Origin: a virus
IMG/VR virus record: IMGVR_UViG_3300021335_000011
Coordinates: 8,062 to 72,061 of that record
Direction: 5' to 3' (one strand)
Length of the DNA stretch: 64,000 nt
The notes under the pieces were generated by a model. That model saw nothing but the letters and a program-made list of their open reading frames with translations, was not told the DNA's origin and made no database searches. The stretch's first letter is position 1, and every line of letters starts with the position of its first letter. The position numbers were made by a program, and so were the translations under genes. Below are positions 38,178 through 48,900 of this stretch, piece by piece.

Positions 38178-38767
38178 TTTTCTTCTCTTAATTCATCTTG
38201 CTTCTTTTCTAAGAATATATGAATTTGATCTAATGGTTTATCATAGAGTAAGAAATCTTTTGGAAACCTGTGTTCTATGAATGAATCAATACCAGTAAAA
38301 ATACTCGTTATTTTTTCTTTGTTGTTTATAAAATATTCCCATATATGGTGTCGCTGTGTATCTTTATTCCACATTAATACCGAAGAATTAATAGAACAAT
38401 AACGTTGAGTATTGCCAATTGTATCTTTTTTTAACTGACTTAAATCTACCCAATCTGTGTGTATAAATTTCATATGTTTACCAGGATTGTAAAAATTGTT
38501 TATATCACCTTTAACAAGAATATCTAAATCAAAAAATATACCTGATTCTATAAAACTTTCGTCAAATAAAACCATTTTTGCCCACCATTTTTCTAATCCA
38601 TAGTCAGGCATTTTAATAGTACGTATATACGAGGGCAATGTAGAAGTATCATCAGTGATACAATATAATTTGTAATGTCTGTCATAGCATTGAGAGATCA
38701 TACTCTCTAACTTAATTACAAATTCATCAGTATACCGAGTGCCTACCTTCACGCAATAAAAATTCAT
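38153..38767 (-). CDS. Glycosyltransferase-like protein (GT-A fold)
   Basis: CVKVG.RY, YCITDD, WWAKM.LF, FFDLD (DxD), INSSVL.W, GIDSFI. Confidence 0.7.
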   Translation of the reverse strand: MNFYCVKVGTRYTDEFVIKLESMISQCYDRHYKLYCITDDTSTLPSYIRTIKMPDYGLEKWWAKMVLFDESFIESGIFFDLDILVKGDINNFYNPGKHMKFIHTDWVDLSQLKKDTIGNTQRYCSINSSVLMWNKDTQRHHIWEYFINNKEKITSIFTGIDSFIEHRFPKDFLLYDKPLDQIHIFLEKKQDELREEKWIQKIWA

Positions 38768-39365
38768 ATCTGTCTAACCATAAATCTGAGTGTTTAGTAT
38801 TGCTATATTTATCGTGTAGTGGAACTCCATCTGTAAAATGAATACCTTTAGGATTATTGAAATCATAATAACCCTCGAGCGTATTCCATTCTAAAGGCAA
38901 ATTGCCAATGTGTTTATCATCTAACCAACGGAATTGATGAAAAAATAGTGGATCTTCGGTACTTAAAGTATACGGAGTTAAAACTTTATTTGCAGGATGA
39001 GAACAATTCCATAGCATTAATGATGACCAATTCTTTCTTTTATACGTGGTCTGCTCTTGGCCAACCATTTTAAGTTTAGATTTCGGTCTATAGTTAGGAT
39101 GTTTTGCTACACACACTGCATATTTTGAATCTGCATAATGTAATAGTTTTCTCAGATCATCTGTAAAATAAAAGTCTGAGTCACAAAATACATGCCAGCC
39201 GTCGTACTTCATCATATATGGAACCATGAATCGTGACATAGTAAAGGCTGTAGAACCTTTTCTTAAAAACATATTTTGTGTTGGTATAGATTCAACTGAC
39301 ACTGTTGATTCACATACAAGATATTGATCTACGAGATCATCATCCCATCCGATTACGCATTTCAT
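38727..39365 (-). CDS. Glycosyltransferase, GT8-like
   Basis: STAFT.SRF.VP, FCDSDF (DxD), Y.RKNWSSLMLWNC.H, LP.EWN.L.G.Y, HFT.G.P. Confidence 0.8.
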   Translation of the reverse strand: MKCVIGWDDDLVDQYLVCESTVSVESIPTQNMFLRKGSTAFTMSRFMVPYMMKYDGWHVFCDSDFYFTDDLRKLLHYADSKYAVCVAKHPNYRPKSKLKMVGQEQTTYKRKNWSSLMLWNCSHPANKVLTPYTLSTEDPLFFHQFRWLDDKHIGNLPLEWNTLEGYYDFNNPKGIHFTDGVPLHDKYSNTKHSDLWLDRYEFLLREGRHSVY

Positions 39366-40134
39366 CTTTTAAATCACCTGTATCAATGTTTGTTACACCA
39401 GTAAAATATTTTTGTACTATCTTATTATCTTCATAGTGACTAACGTTATATGTTAATCCTAAATTTCCATTACCTAATAGTACTGGTCTCATTTCGTTCC
39501 CTAAAAACATTTCTAATTTTGGTTTCGAAACAAGTAATATCGGTGTACCTGTTAATATTGCTAAACACATAAGCGTAGTTCTTTCGGTAACTACAAACTT
39601 AGCATGTATCATACAATTAACTATATCTTCCCATTTATCGCTATAGCTAAATTCTCTAATATTGTGCTCGTTAATACCATCAAGCTGGATACCTCTTACT
39701 TGAGCAGTATATTGATCGAACCCCTTAGACTCTGCTTTATATACAGCAATATAGTCTTTATCACCTTTCCATTGTTTTTTAAATGGCCAAATGGATGTCC
39801 ATGTTTCTATATCAGAAAATGGGACATTATCTACTTCAAAGATTGTATAATCAACTACGAAATCTGGTTTAGTAAAACTATTAATTAAGTATACTAATCT
39901 TTCTAGATTTGTTTCTTTATCTTTATCTTTGAATTTACCAAGTTTTTTTGAATCTACAATTATACGTATAGACCAAACGCTGATTTTAGAAATTTCATTT
40001 AACTTTTGGGCTTTAGTTAGTGATGCAGATAATTGGCCTGCAGAAACATTAAGATCCCACAGTTCTCGCATAATAATTGTGTCGTGATAAGGAGCGTGCG
40101 AAGGGTGGTAATTAACTGAGTAAATTTTCTTCAT
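39340..40134 (-). CDS. Hypothetical protein (possibly a GT-B fragment)
   Basis: 264-aa ORF in the cassette; AKFVV...T.MCLA...GTP.L resembles the GT9-like C-terminal motif. Confidence 0.5.
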   Translation of the reverse strand: MKKIYSVNYHPSHAPYHDTIIMRELWDLNVSAGQLSASLTKAQKLNEISKISVWSIRIIVDSKKLGKFKDKDKETNLERLVYLINSFTKPDFVVDYTIFEVDNVPFSDIETWTSIWPFKKQWKGDKDYIAVYKAESKGFDQYTAQVRGIQLDGINEHNIREFSYSDKWEDIVNCMIHAKFVVTERTTLMCLAILTGTPILLVSKPKLEMFLGNEMRPVLLGNGNLGLTYNVSHYEDNKIVQKYFTGVTNIDTGDLKDEMRNRMG

Positions 40135-40723
40135 TTAGTACCTGATCAATTGCTGCATAATATTGGTTTATATCTCCATCATTGTGTATATGGTAGTCGA
40201 CAGTATCTCTTAGTTGATCTATGAATTTTTCTCTAGCGTCTAACTCTTTTTCAATTTCAGGCTTGACCAAATACATGTAATTACTTTTTCCTGCAATTCT
40301 TGGATCTGATTCAGAATATTGTGCTACTAATCTTTCAATTTGCGTTTCACGAGGAGCTGTAATAAGAACATAAGTATTATCATGATCAGGAAATGTGTTT
40401 TGAATATGAACTGTTGTACCAGGACACGGAAAATTACATACTTTAAAAAAAGGTCGATCATACATTTTTTCATACGCAAGTTGATTATTAGGCTGTAACA
40501 TAGCAACATATTCCCTTGAAAACTCAGCATCTAGTTCAGCATGCGCTTCAGCTTCACCCATTAAATCTGTTGTAGTTCGACTTGGACCTAATGGCCTTTC
40601 GTATGACTCATTAAGTGTTGGGTACTCAAAGTCAAATATATTTTGTGTCGGAACACCGCGAGCAAGTGATCTTTGTAAAAAAGTTTTAACTCCTACTCCT
40701 TGTAGACCAGTTAATACAAGCAT
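40112..40723 (-). CDS. P-loop kinase-like protein (NMP/dephospho-CoA kinase-like)
   Basis: LTGLQGVGVKT atypical Walker A; ITAP.E..IERL; DY.I.NDG. Confidence 0.55.
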   Translation of the reverse strand: MLVLTGLQGVGVKTFLQRSLARGVPTQNIFDFEYPTLNESYERPLGPSRTTTDLMGEAEAHAELDAEFSREYVAMLQPNNQLAYEKMYDRPFFKVCNFPCPGTTVHIQNTFPDHDNTYVLITAPRETQIERLVAQYSESDPRIAGKSNYMYLVKPEIEKELDAREKFIDQLRDTVDYHIHNDGDINQYYAAIDQVLNEENLLS

Positions 40724-41448
40724 TAAATTCTCCTAGACATCATAGTGTCGTATGCTGAAATTTTTAATCCTATAAAGAATTGATATATGTTATTACCAAT
40801 AGCATGTGCCTCATGAACCAAGGACGAATCAAAAATATAAATTTTACCAGGTTTTATGTTATTTATAATTTTATCGTCCATTTTTAATTGCATTTCTGTT
40901 GAAGTTGTTCCCCATAATCTTAAATTAGGAGACGGCACTATAACATCTACATGCTTTTTAAAATGGCCCATTGCATCCCAACGCAATATAGCACTGCGAC
41001 AAAGGTGCTCATCAAAAACTTCAATTAATGGTTTTAAAGATGGTAAGCTACATAATTCAGTTTTTACATCAATTTCATGGTCAAATAGTATGTTATCAAT
41101 ATTTTGATGTTCCATAAAGTGCTCATCTAAAGGCATTCTTGATGGATCGTTTTCTTCATCTAATTTACCGGTAAGATTAACTAAAGGAATTCCGTACCGC
41201 GGAAAATGTTTATGTGTATCACCCCAATGACTAAAATTATTTTTATAAGTTTCTATTTCTTGTAAGAAATTATCTACATCAATTTCAATGTCGGTTTCTA
41301 CTATTGGTGCAGTATGTAATTCATTATACTCTGCTGCTTCAATTGCTGGTTGAGAAATATATTTAAAGATAAATGCCATGAGCTTATCTTCTGGTTGTCC
41401 CTTCAAATGCGGGTGAGTAGAAAATAATATGTCTAATGCTTCTTTCAT
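40723..41448 (-). CDS. 2OG-Fe(II) oxygenase-like (AspH-like) protein
   Basis: RS.IL.W...G.F..HVD ... PG.IY.FD....H (HxD...H triad). Confidence 0.6.
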   Translation of the reverse strand: MKEALDILFSTHPHLKGQPEDKLMAFIFKYISQPAIEAAEYNELHTAPIVETDIEIDVDNFLQEIETYKNNFSHWGDTHKHFPRYGIPLVNLTGKLDEENDPSRMPLDEHFMEHQNIDNILFDHEIDVKTELCSLPSLKPLIEVFDEHLCRSAILRWDAMGHFKKHVDVIVPSPNLRLWGTTSTEMQLKMDDKIINNIKPGKIYIFDSSLVHEAHAIGNNIYQFFIGLKISAYDTMMSRRI

Positions 41449-41972
41449 TGCACCATCCTTTTGTAAAAATTTGTCAAATCGCTACCGCCACGAAGACAAA
41501 CTGTAAAATGCAATCGTTCTTCTTTACCAAGATTTATAGCTGTGTGCTTAAGTGTAGTTTTTAGGCGATACGTACAACCAATATCTGACATGCGAAGTAC
41601 ATTATCTTCAACTAAGAAAATCGCATCTTCATTTGTTTGTATAGGAATATGAATTCTATCTGTAAGATCGTAGTGATATGAGTAACCTCTAAATTCACTT
41701 CCTAACCACATAAATCTTCCACGACAAACGCCATATAAATTATCAAGGTCGTTATAGACTTCTTCAACATAAGTATTTTTAAATAAACGATTGACCTTTG
41801 TAAAATCATTCTGATCTAGCTTTTGTTTAAACAAATCGCCAGTCGGTAATTCATAAGTTTCTCCGTCTGGAGAACTAGTATGAATTTGTTGCGCTTTTAG
41901 TTTTGAATCTAATAGACAATGTAAAAGTTTCTTAGAATCATATCGTTGTTCTAATTTTTCAAGCATTCGCAT
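41445..41972 (-). CDS. Aspartyl/asparaginyl beta-hydroxylase-like 2OG-Fe(II) oxygenase
   Basis: R.RFM, HYD...RIHIPIQTN, HTAIN.G.EERLH. Confidence 0.75.
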   Translation of the reverse strand: MRMLEKLEQRYDSKKLLHCLLDSKLKAQQIHTSSPDGETYELPTGDLFKQKLDQNDFTKVNRLFKNTYVEEVYNDLDNLYGVCRGRFMWLGSEFRGYSYHYDLTDRIHIPIQTNEDAIFLVEDNVLRMSDIGCTYRLKTTLKHTAINLGKEERLHFTVCLRGGSDLTNFYKRMVQ

Positions 41973-42412
41973 ACTTCCTCATAACTAATATCAAAAAAAG
42001 ATATTTTGAATAAGTATCTATCTTTCTTCCCAAGATTCATAACACCATGTTTAATTGTAGTATTTAATACTGCTGTCGTGTATTTAAAGTCACCTATTCC
42101 TGGAAATGATACAGGAGCTGGATTATCACTTAATACGTGGTTGATGGAACATGTGGTATTATAATCAATATGTGGTAATAATACACTATTTTCTTTTAAA
42201 ATATAATATCGTGGTTTACCAAGTGGCAAAGAATATACATTGCAGAAGTGTTCCATTTCTGCAGTGGCCACATCTAATTTTTCATTTGCTATTTTCCAAT
42301 TATCTGTTGTACCATGTTTAGGATCAGAATAGCTATTTTGTTTTTGATTAAATAATTCTGACAATAATAATTCATTATCAAAATCATAATCTATGTTGCA
42401 AACGGGTTTCAT
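41951..42412 (-). CDS. 2OG-Fe(II) oxygenase-like (AspH-like) protein
   Basis: PRYY...L.PHID, LNT...HGV.N...DR. Confidence 0.65.
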   Translation of the reverse strand: MKPVCNIDYDFDNELLLSELFNQKQNSYSDPKHGTTDNWKIANEKLDVATAEMEHFCNVYSLPLGKPRYYILKENSVLLPHIDYNTTCSINHVLSDNPAPVSFPGIGDFKYTTAVLNTTIKHGVMNLGKKDRYLFKISFFDISYEEVCECLKN

Positions 42413-43031
42413 AATCCATCCTTAATGCATGTTCGTCATATGACATAACTTTAGGGTTCCAATCTTCGAATTTGTAATCTCCTCTTGTGTAATACATCAT
42501 ATTTTGGTAACAACTTGTTTCTTCACAATTGGCTACTTGCACTAAACCTTTATCATAGTTTATCCATTCAATATTGTGAAATTCACTCATTAGTTTTACT
42601 ACAGCTTTCCACCATAGTTGTTGTTTAGCTCTTTTATTTCTTTGTTGCATGCTTATAAAAATAAGCTTATGATCAACATTTTCTAAAGTAAATTTTAAAA
42701 AATCAGAAAATCCATCCATTAGTTCTTTAGAAAACATTGGCGGTTTTGCTTGATATTTTCTAGTATTTGGAAATGTGTAATGCCGGTTGCAATATCGTAA
42801 TATATCTTTGTTATATTCTTTTACTCCCGTCATGATAATAGGATTTCCATCATGACCATACAAAACACAATAAAAAATGTGGTCAGAGATCTTAAGATTT
42901 TCTTTGGTGTAATTATCTCTTAACCAATTATTTTTATCTGACAAACAAAGCTCGCGCACTCTTTCGAACTCTTTATTATCGTAATCGAAAATCCAAACTG
43001 TACCTGCGTTTATTTTAATCTCTCTATCCAT
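42384..43031 (-). CDS. Hypothetical protein, first gene of the cassette
   Basis: AAGGA RBS; 215 aa; downstream of minus-strand promoters. Confidence 0.65.
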   Translation of the reverse strand: MDREIKINAGTVWIFDYDNKEFERVRELCLSDKNNWLRDNYTKENLKISDHIFYCVLYGHDGNPIIMTGVKEYNKDILRYCNRHYTFPNTRKYQAKPPMFSKELMDGFSDFLKFTLENVDHKLIFISMQQRNKRAKQQLWWKAVVKLMSEFHNIEWINYDKGLVQVANCEETSCYQNMMYYTRGDYKFEDWNPKVMSYDEHALRMDYETRLQHRL

Positions 43032-43067
43032 ATGGGTCCTTTATCCCCTTTTAACTTAATACTACTT

Positions 43068-43096
43068 ATTATACCATATTTTGAGCTGATTGTACA
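43068..43096 (-). promoter_or_regulatory. Sigma70-type promoter driving the enzyme cassette
   Basis: Minus-strand TGTACA-17 nt-TATAAT, same family as the early promoters. Confidence 0.75.
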
Positions 43097-43098
43097 TG

Positions 43099-43141
43099 TA
43101 TAAATAGAGTAATAACTCTTAAACAGTTTTATTTATAAATA
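43099..43141. promoter_or_regulatory. Late promoter cluster, bidirectional
   Basis: TATAAATA on + at 43099 and 43134; palindrome TATTTATAAATA (43130-43141) also gives a minus-strand copy. Confidence 0.7.
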
Positions 43142-43168
43142 GAACAGAAACATTTGCACGAGTGAACA

Positions 43169-43522
43169 ATGGCACAATACGAGTACTTTACATTTGATCA
43201 AGGTTCAGACATCGCAGTTGAGCTTCATCTGCAAGATGCATCAGGAAATAAGAAAAATTTAACTAATTACTCAGGCGCTGCCACTATGAAGCGAAGTTAT
43301 AGTAGCGATAGCGCGGATACGCAATTCTTCGACTTTGCAATTCAAGCCCCTCCTACAGATGGCATTGTTACTTTATCGCTGACTAATGCTCAAACTGATG
43401 CTATGGAAGCTGGAAAATATGTGTATGACGTAGAGATTTCTTATGTAGATAGTAACAGTAATACTATTATCGAAAGAATTTTAGAAGGCAAAATAGACCT
43501 TACACCTTCTGTAACAACATAA
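43169..43522 (+). CDS. Small structural protein (BppU-N/Ig-like adaptor)
   Basis: DQG.D, LT.YS....M, G..TLSLT..QT.....G.Y.YDVEI, R.LEG...L.P.VT. Confidence 0.65.
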   Translation: MAQYEYFTFDQGSDIAVELHLQDASGNKKNLTNYSGAATMKRSYSSDSADTQFFDFAIQAPPTDGIVTLSLTNAQTDAMEAGKYVYDVEISYVDSNSNTIIERILEGKIDLTPSVTT

Positions 43523-43531
43523 GGATCACTT

Positions 43532-43783
43532 ATGGCTCAACAAACCTTCGTATCTAGAATTACGGTCAACGAAGACGTAGGACAAACTATTGTCAAAAAG
43601 GTAATAGTTGGCTCTCCGATTCGTCGTGTCACAGGTACATCAGCTCAAGAATTATGTGATCTTATCGACGTAGTTTGTACCGGAAAAGAAGATGGGGATA
43701 TAGTTGAATTTGATCTTGTAACAGAAAAGTTTTATATAAGAAGAGACCCTCGATTACTGATAATTAGAGGGGGTACATTTTAA
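43532..43783 (+). CDS. Small hypothetical structural protein
   Basis: AAGGA RBS; L.DL.DV...DG and terminal GGTF typical of fibre-associated ORFs. Confidence 0.6.
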   Translation: MAQQTFVSRITVNEDVGQTIVKKVIVGSPIRRVTGTSAQELCDLIDVVCTGKEDGDIVEFDLVTEKFYIRRDPRLLIIRGGTF

Positions 43784-45933
43784 TGCAGACCACTGGTCAC
43801 AATAACAGAATACTTATAAAAACCTCTGCTACAACTCCTAATATTGCGGTATCTGATAATACTTTAATGGTAGGAGAGCTCGGCTATTCATATGCTGGTG
43901 CTAATTCAGATGGAGGAGGTAGACTCTTTATAGGTGTATCTCTTGTAGAAGGCGATAGCGATTTTGCTACTGCCATTCATGAGATTGGTGGCAAATATTA
44001 TACAGACATGATGGATCATGATCGTGGTCATGTTGTAGCCAATTCTGTTCTTATTACCGACAGCGCAAATAAAATAGATTTCTTACAAGTCGATAATCTA
44101 ATTTTTGATGGTAATACCATAGAGAATGATAATAGTGGGATTACAATCGACGGATTTGGCAATGTTACGCTTATAACAAATGGCGCAGGTCATATTGATG
44201 TCGATAGTAATCGAATTATAAATGTCGCTAATCCAGTCAATCCTATGGATGCGGTTAATAAAAGATTTTTTGTAGATGCAGTAACTAATGTGCGTGCTGA
44301 CAATAGACAAAGTCAGTGGAATATATTTGATGCGAATGACGAATTACATCTTATCGGTGGTAAAAATATTACCACATCTATGGAAGTGCCTAATGCAGGA
44401 AATCTTGATGTAACAGTTAAGCTGAATGATAGTGTAGATGGCCTTACAAGTATTACTATTGATAATGTTAAAATTGATGGTAACACAATTAAGAGCTTAG
44501 TTGGTAATTTAGTTATCGACCCTACCCCTGACGGATCAAGCGGCACACTAGTAGTTCAAGGAAATTTACAAGTTGAAGGTACAACAACTACCATTAATTC
44601 AACTGAATTAACTATTAACGATAAAAATATTGTATTAGGTGATGGAGCTGCAGACTCAGCACAAGCAGATGGCGGCGGTATTACTCTTGACGGAGCTGAT
44701 GCTACAATCATATATAATGCATCGACAGATGCATGGGTATTTAATAAAGATATAACTGCTCCCAATCTTGATGTTACTGGTGATTTTACATCTACCACAT
44801 TAACTGGTAAATATCTTGGATTTGATTCTGACCTCCTTAATTCTACAACTGATGGTTTACCTGAAGGCAATACTAATCTATATTATACACAAGCCCGGTT
44901 TGATTCAGCCTTTAGTGGAAAAACTACATCTGATTTAGCCGAAGGTTCAAATTTATACTATACAACTGCTAGAGCAGACAGCGATGCACGTAGCGCATTA
45001 TCAGTTGCAAATCCATCTGGATTTGGTACTTTATCGTACGATTCAGCTACAGGTAAATTTACATTTACTGGAGTTTCAACACCTCAGATACGAGCACAAT
45101 TCTCAGCTGGTGGAGATATTACCTATAATGAATCAACTGGAACATTTAGTCTTGATGTAGAACAAATTTATACGGCTGATAACTTTGATTCCGATTTTAG
45201 AGATAGGTTACAAACCACAACTACTGATTCGATTGGTGAAGGAACATCGAATCTTTACTATACAAAAACCCGAGTAGATTCAGATTTTGATTCTAAGCTT
45301 TTACTAAAAACAACTGACGATCTAGCCGAAGGCTCGACAAACCTTTATTATACTACAACTCGGGCTGATAGCGATGCACGACATTCAATTAGTGTTGTAG
45401 ACGGCGGTGGTCCAGGTTCACTTGATTATAATAACAATACTGGTGTTATTACTTACATAGGTCCTAGTCCAGCAGAATTAGCTGTAAATATTCGTCCTCA
45501 GTTTTCAGCTGAAGGTGATTTGAACTATAATGAATCAACCGGTGTATTTAGTATTGATGTTGAGGTTGCATATACAAAGGTTAATTTTGATTCTGACTTA
45601 GGCACAGCATCTACAACAGATCTACCAGAAGGCACCAACTTATATTATACACAAGGTCGTTTCGATAGTGCACTAGGAGATAAATCTACTGATGATGTAA
45701 CCGAAGGTACTAATCAATACTTCACAAACGAAAGAGTAGATGACCGAGTAAATGATCTCTTAGTTGCTGGCCAAGCGATTGACTTAGTTTATTCTGATGT
45801 GTTAAATACTCTTGCTATTGGGGCTGAAATAGCAACAACAACCAATTTTGGTGTTTCAAGATATGATTCAGTTGACTTTAGTGTAACTGCAGGAATGGTT
45901 GAAATAAACACTATCGATTGCGGTACATATTGA
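43783..45933 (+). CDS. Tail-fibre-like repeat protein
   Basis: GELGYS...LFIG, GNL.V.GTTTTINST...I.DK, repeated T..L.EG..NLYYT..R.DS. Confidence 0.75.
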   Translation: MQTTGHNNRILIKTSATTPNIAVSDNTLMVGELGYSYAGANSDGGGRLFIGVSLVEGDSDFATAIHEIGGKYYTDMMDHDRGHVVANSVLITDSANKIDFLQVDNLIFDGNTIENDNSGITIDGFGNVTLITNGAGHIDVDSNRIINVANPVNPMDAVNKRFFVDAVTNVRADNRQSQWNIFDANDELHLIGGKNITTSMEVPNAGNLDVTVKLNDSVDGLTSITIDNVKIDGNTIKSLVGNLVIDPTPDGSSGTLVVQGNLQVEGTTTTINSTELTINDKNIVLGDGAADSAQADGGGITLDGADATIIYNASTDAWVFNKDITAPNLDVTGDFTSTTLTGKYLGFDSDLLNSTTDGLPEGNTNLYYTQARFDSAFSGKTTSDLAEGSNLYYTTARADSDARSALSVANPSGFGTLSYDSATGKFTFTGVSTPQIRAQFSAGGDITYNESTGTFSLDVEQIYTADNFDSDFRDRLQTTTTDSIGEGTSNLYYTKTRVDSDFDSKLLLKTTDDLAEGSTNLYYTTTRADSDARHSISVVDGGGPGSLDYNNNTGVITYIGPSPAELAVNIRPQFSAEGDLNYNESTGVFSIDVEVAYTKVNFDSDLGTASTTDLPEGTNLYYTQGRFDSALGDKSTDDVTEGTNQYFTNERVDDRVNDLLVAGQAIDLVYSDVLNTLAIGAEIATTTNFGVSRYDSVDFSVTAGMVEINTIDCGTY

Positions 45934-45941
45934 TATAAATA
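45934..45941 (+). promoter_or_regulatory. T4-type late promoter
   Basis: TATAAATA upstream of the 2780-aa gene. Confidence 0.75.
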
Positions 45942-45987
45942 GAATCAAGGTTTTTATCTTGATTACTCATCCTTATTAGGAAGCACT

Positions 45988-48900
45988 ATGACTACACCAA
46001 AGGTCCTATTAAAACGTTCATCCGTAGTTGGTCGAGTCCCTCAATCAGGAGATCTCGATTACGGCGAACTGGCCATCAATTTCGCAGATGGCAAAATATA
46101 TTATAAAGATAACTCAAATACTATTAAGGCATTTATAGATTCAGCACGAACGCAGTCATTAATTGATGCTGTGAATCAAGCTGCAGAGAATCAACTTGAT
46201 TCTGCAGAAGTAATAGATCTTATTGACTCAGCATATGTACAACTAAGACAGTCATATAACGCTTTAACGTTAGGTGGTGATAGTGGTGATTATTATAGGA
46301 ATTACCATAACCTATATAACAAACCATTAATTTTAGATATCGTCGATATACAAAACATTATCGATAATTATGTAAATCAAACCTTTGTCGATAATCTAAA
46401 TGTAGATGCAGATACTTTAGATGGCCTAAATTCAACTCAATTCTTGCGTAGTGATTCTGATACTAGACTAACAGCCGATTTGATAATTGATTCAAACCTT
46501 ACGGTTGGTGGTGATGCAACATTCAATAATAATGTAACACTAAGTGGCAACCTATATGGTCCAGCTACAATGTACATTGATCCAGCAGCGCATGATAGTG
46601 ATACTGGTCGAGTAATTATTCGTGGTGATCTTCAAGTTGATGGTACACAAACAATTGTCAACTCAACGACTGTAAGTATAAATGATAAAAATATTGTTTT
46701 AGCTGATAGCGCAACAAATGCTGCTGAAGCTGATGGAGCTGGTATTACAGTTAACGGCGCAAATGCTAATATAACGTATAATGCAGCCGAAGACGAATGG
46801 CAATTTAACAAAAAAACACAAACTCCTAATTTGGAAGTTACGAATGTAATTGATGCCACTACTGTTAATACAACAAATATTACAGCCACAACTATTAATA
46901 CAACTAATATTACTGGTAACTACACAAATTTTGATTCAGACTTTGATTCTGCATTAGGTACTAAAACTACTACTGATGTTGCAGAAGGTACAAATCTATA
47001 TTATACAACTACTCGAGCTGATTCTGATTTTGATGTTCGTATTACTACAAAAACTACTAATAATCTAACTGAAGGTGACAACCTTTATTATACGACCGCA
47101 AGAGCAGATAGTGATGCTCGTAGTGCACTCAGCGCAAATAAAGTTAGTGGATTTGGTAATCTAACATATGACTCTGCTGCAGGCAAGTTTTCATACACAG
47201 GTATTTCTACTCAAGAAATACGTAATCGATTTGCTGCACAAGGTGATTTGTCATATGACTCTGCAACAGGTGTATTTAGTATTGATGTTGAAAATGTTTA
47301 TACAAAAACAAATTTTGATTCTGATTTAGGAGATGCTAGTACTACTGATTTGCCAGAAGGTAGTAACTTATACTATACAAAAACCCGTGTAGATTCAGAT
47401 TTTGATGCTAGATTCGCAGGAAAATCTACTGATAATCTTGCAGAAGGAAATACTAATCTATATTATACTACAACTCGCCACGATAGTGATACACGAGTTT
47501 TAGTTGATTCTGCTTATGTACAAGCAAGAGTTGATTCATCATTTATAGCAACAATTGCCGATCTAACATTCTTAGATTCTGGAGATGCATTACAATTAAT
47601 CGATAGCTCTCATGTCCAATTAAAAGCTAAAGGCCTAGATTATAATGTACTGAGTAATAAGCCTGCATTAATTGACTCTACGTTAGTAACACAACTTATT
47701 GATTCAACTTATATTAGAGTAACAATCGATTCTGCGCATATTGAAAATGTTATTAACAATTCAACAACTGTTTTTGTTAATAATGTCGATAGCGCATATG
47801 TCCAATTAAAAGCTAAAAACTTAGATTATAATGTTCTTTCTAATAAACCAAATCTTATTGATTCGGGTTTAGTCGAAGGTTTAGTTGATAGCGCATATGT
47901 ACAACTACACGCTAAAGGATTAAACTATAACGTATTAAGCAATAAGCCGAATGTACTTGATTCATCAGATATTGTAAGCATTATTGTATCAGAAACTTTA
48001 GACTCTGATCTTATTATAAATCTTGTTGACTCTGCATATATTCAATTGCGCGATAGATTCCAAGACTCTGCAGGTGTAAAAGCTGTTATTGATTCTGCTT
48101 ATGTAAGAGCGCGAGTAAAAACAAACCAAGACTTACGTACAACTGATAGTGTTACTTTTGCTGGAATTAATGTTTTAGCTAATAGTATTACCTTTGGTGA
48201 ATCTGATGCTACAATGACATATTTGCCTGACAGCGATATGATTCAATTTAATAAGCCAGTAAAGGGTGATAATGTAGAATTTACTGGAGCTACTATTCAA
48301 AGTGACTCAAGTACATTTAATGGTTTATATGTATATGACAATAGATTAGGTCAAAAAGATTGGGTTGCAAGATTCTCACGAAGACAAAACGAATATAGCT
48401 CTCCAGCTGTCGTTCTAATTTCTACAGACGCAGAAGAAAGAAGCGATATTGCATTTGAGATACGTGGTAATGCAAACTCAAATCTCTTAGGTCCAGAATT
48501 TGATGATAAATTCCATGATGACAGCAATACAAAATTTGCTATTTACGGATCTGGTCATACACTTATTGGTTATTCTAATTTACCAGGCGGAGTTGGCGCA
48601 CTATATCCGTATAGTATGCTATCAGGTGATAATAATGTAAAACTGCAAGTTAACTATGGTATATCTGTTGATTCTAATTTAGTTTTCCATGAAGGCAATT
48701 ATAAGACTTATATTGATTCTGCATATATTGAAGCACGGCGACCTGCTGAAACAATATTTTCTGTTGGTGGTGATGGATCAAATTATGTGTTTAGCGGAGA
48801 TGGTTTCCCATCAAATGCGAATGATCCAACATTATACTTAACTCGTGGTAAAACATATAAATTTACTAATATTTCTTCTAGCCATCCATTTGAAATTAGA

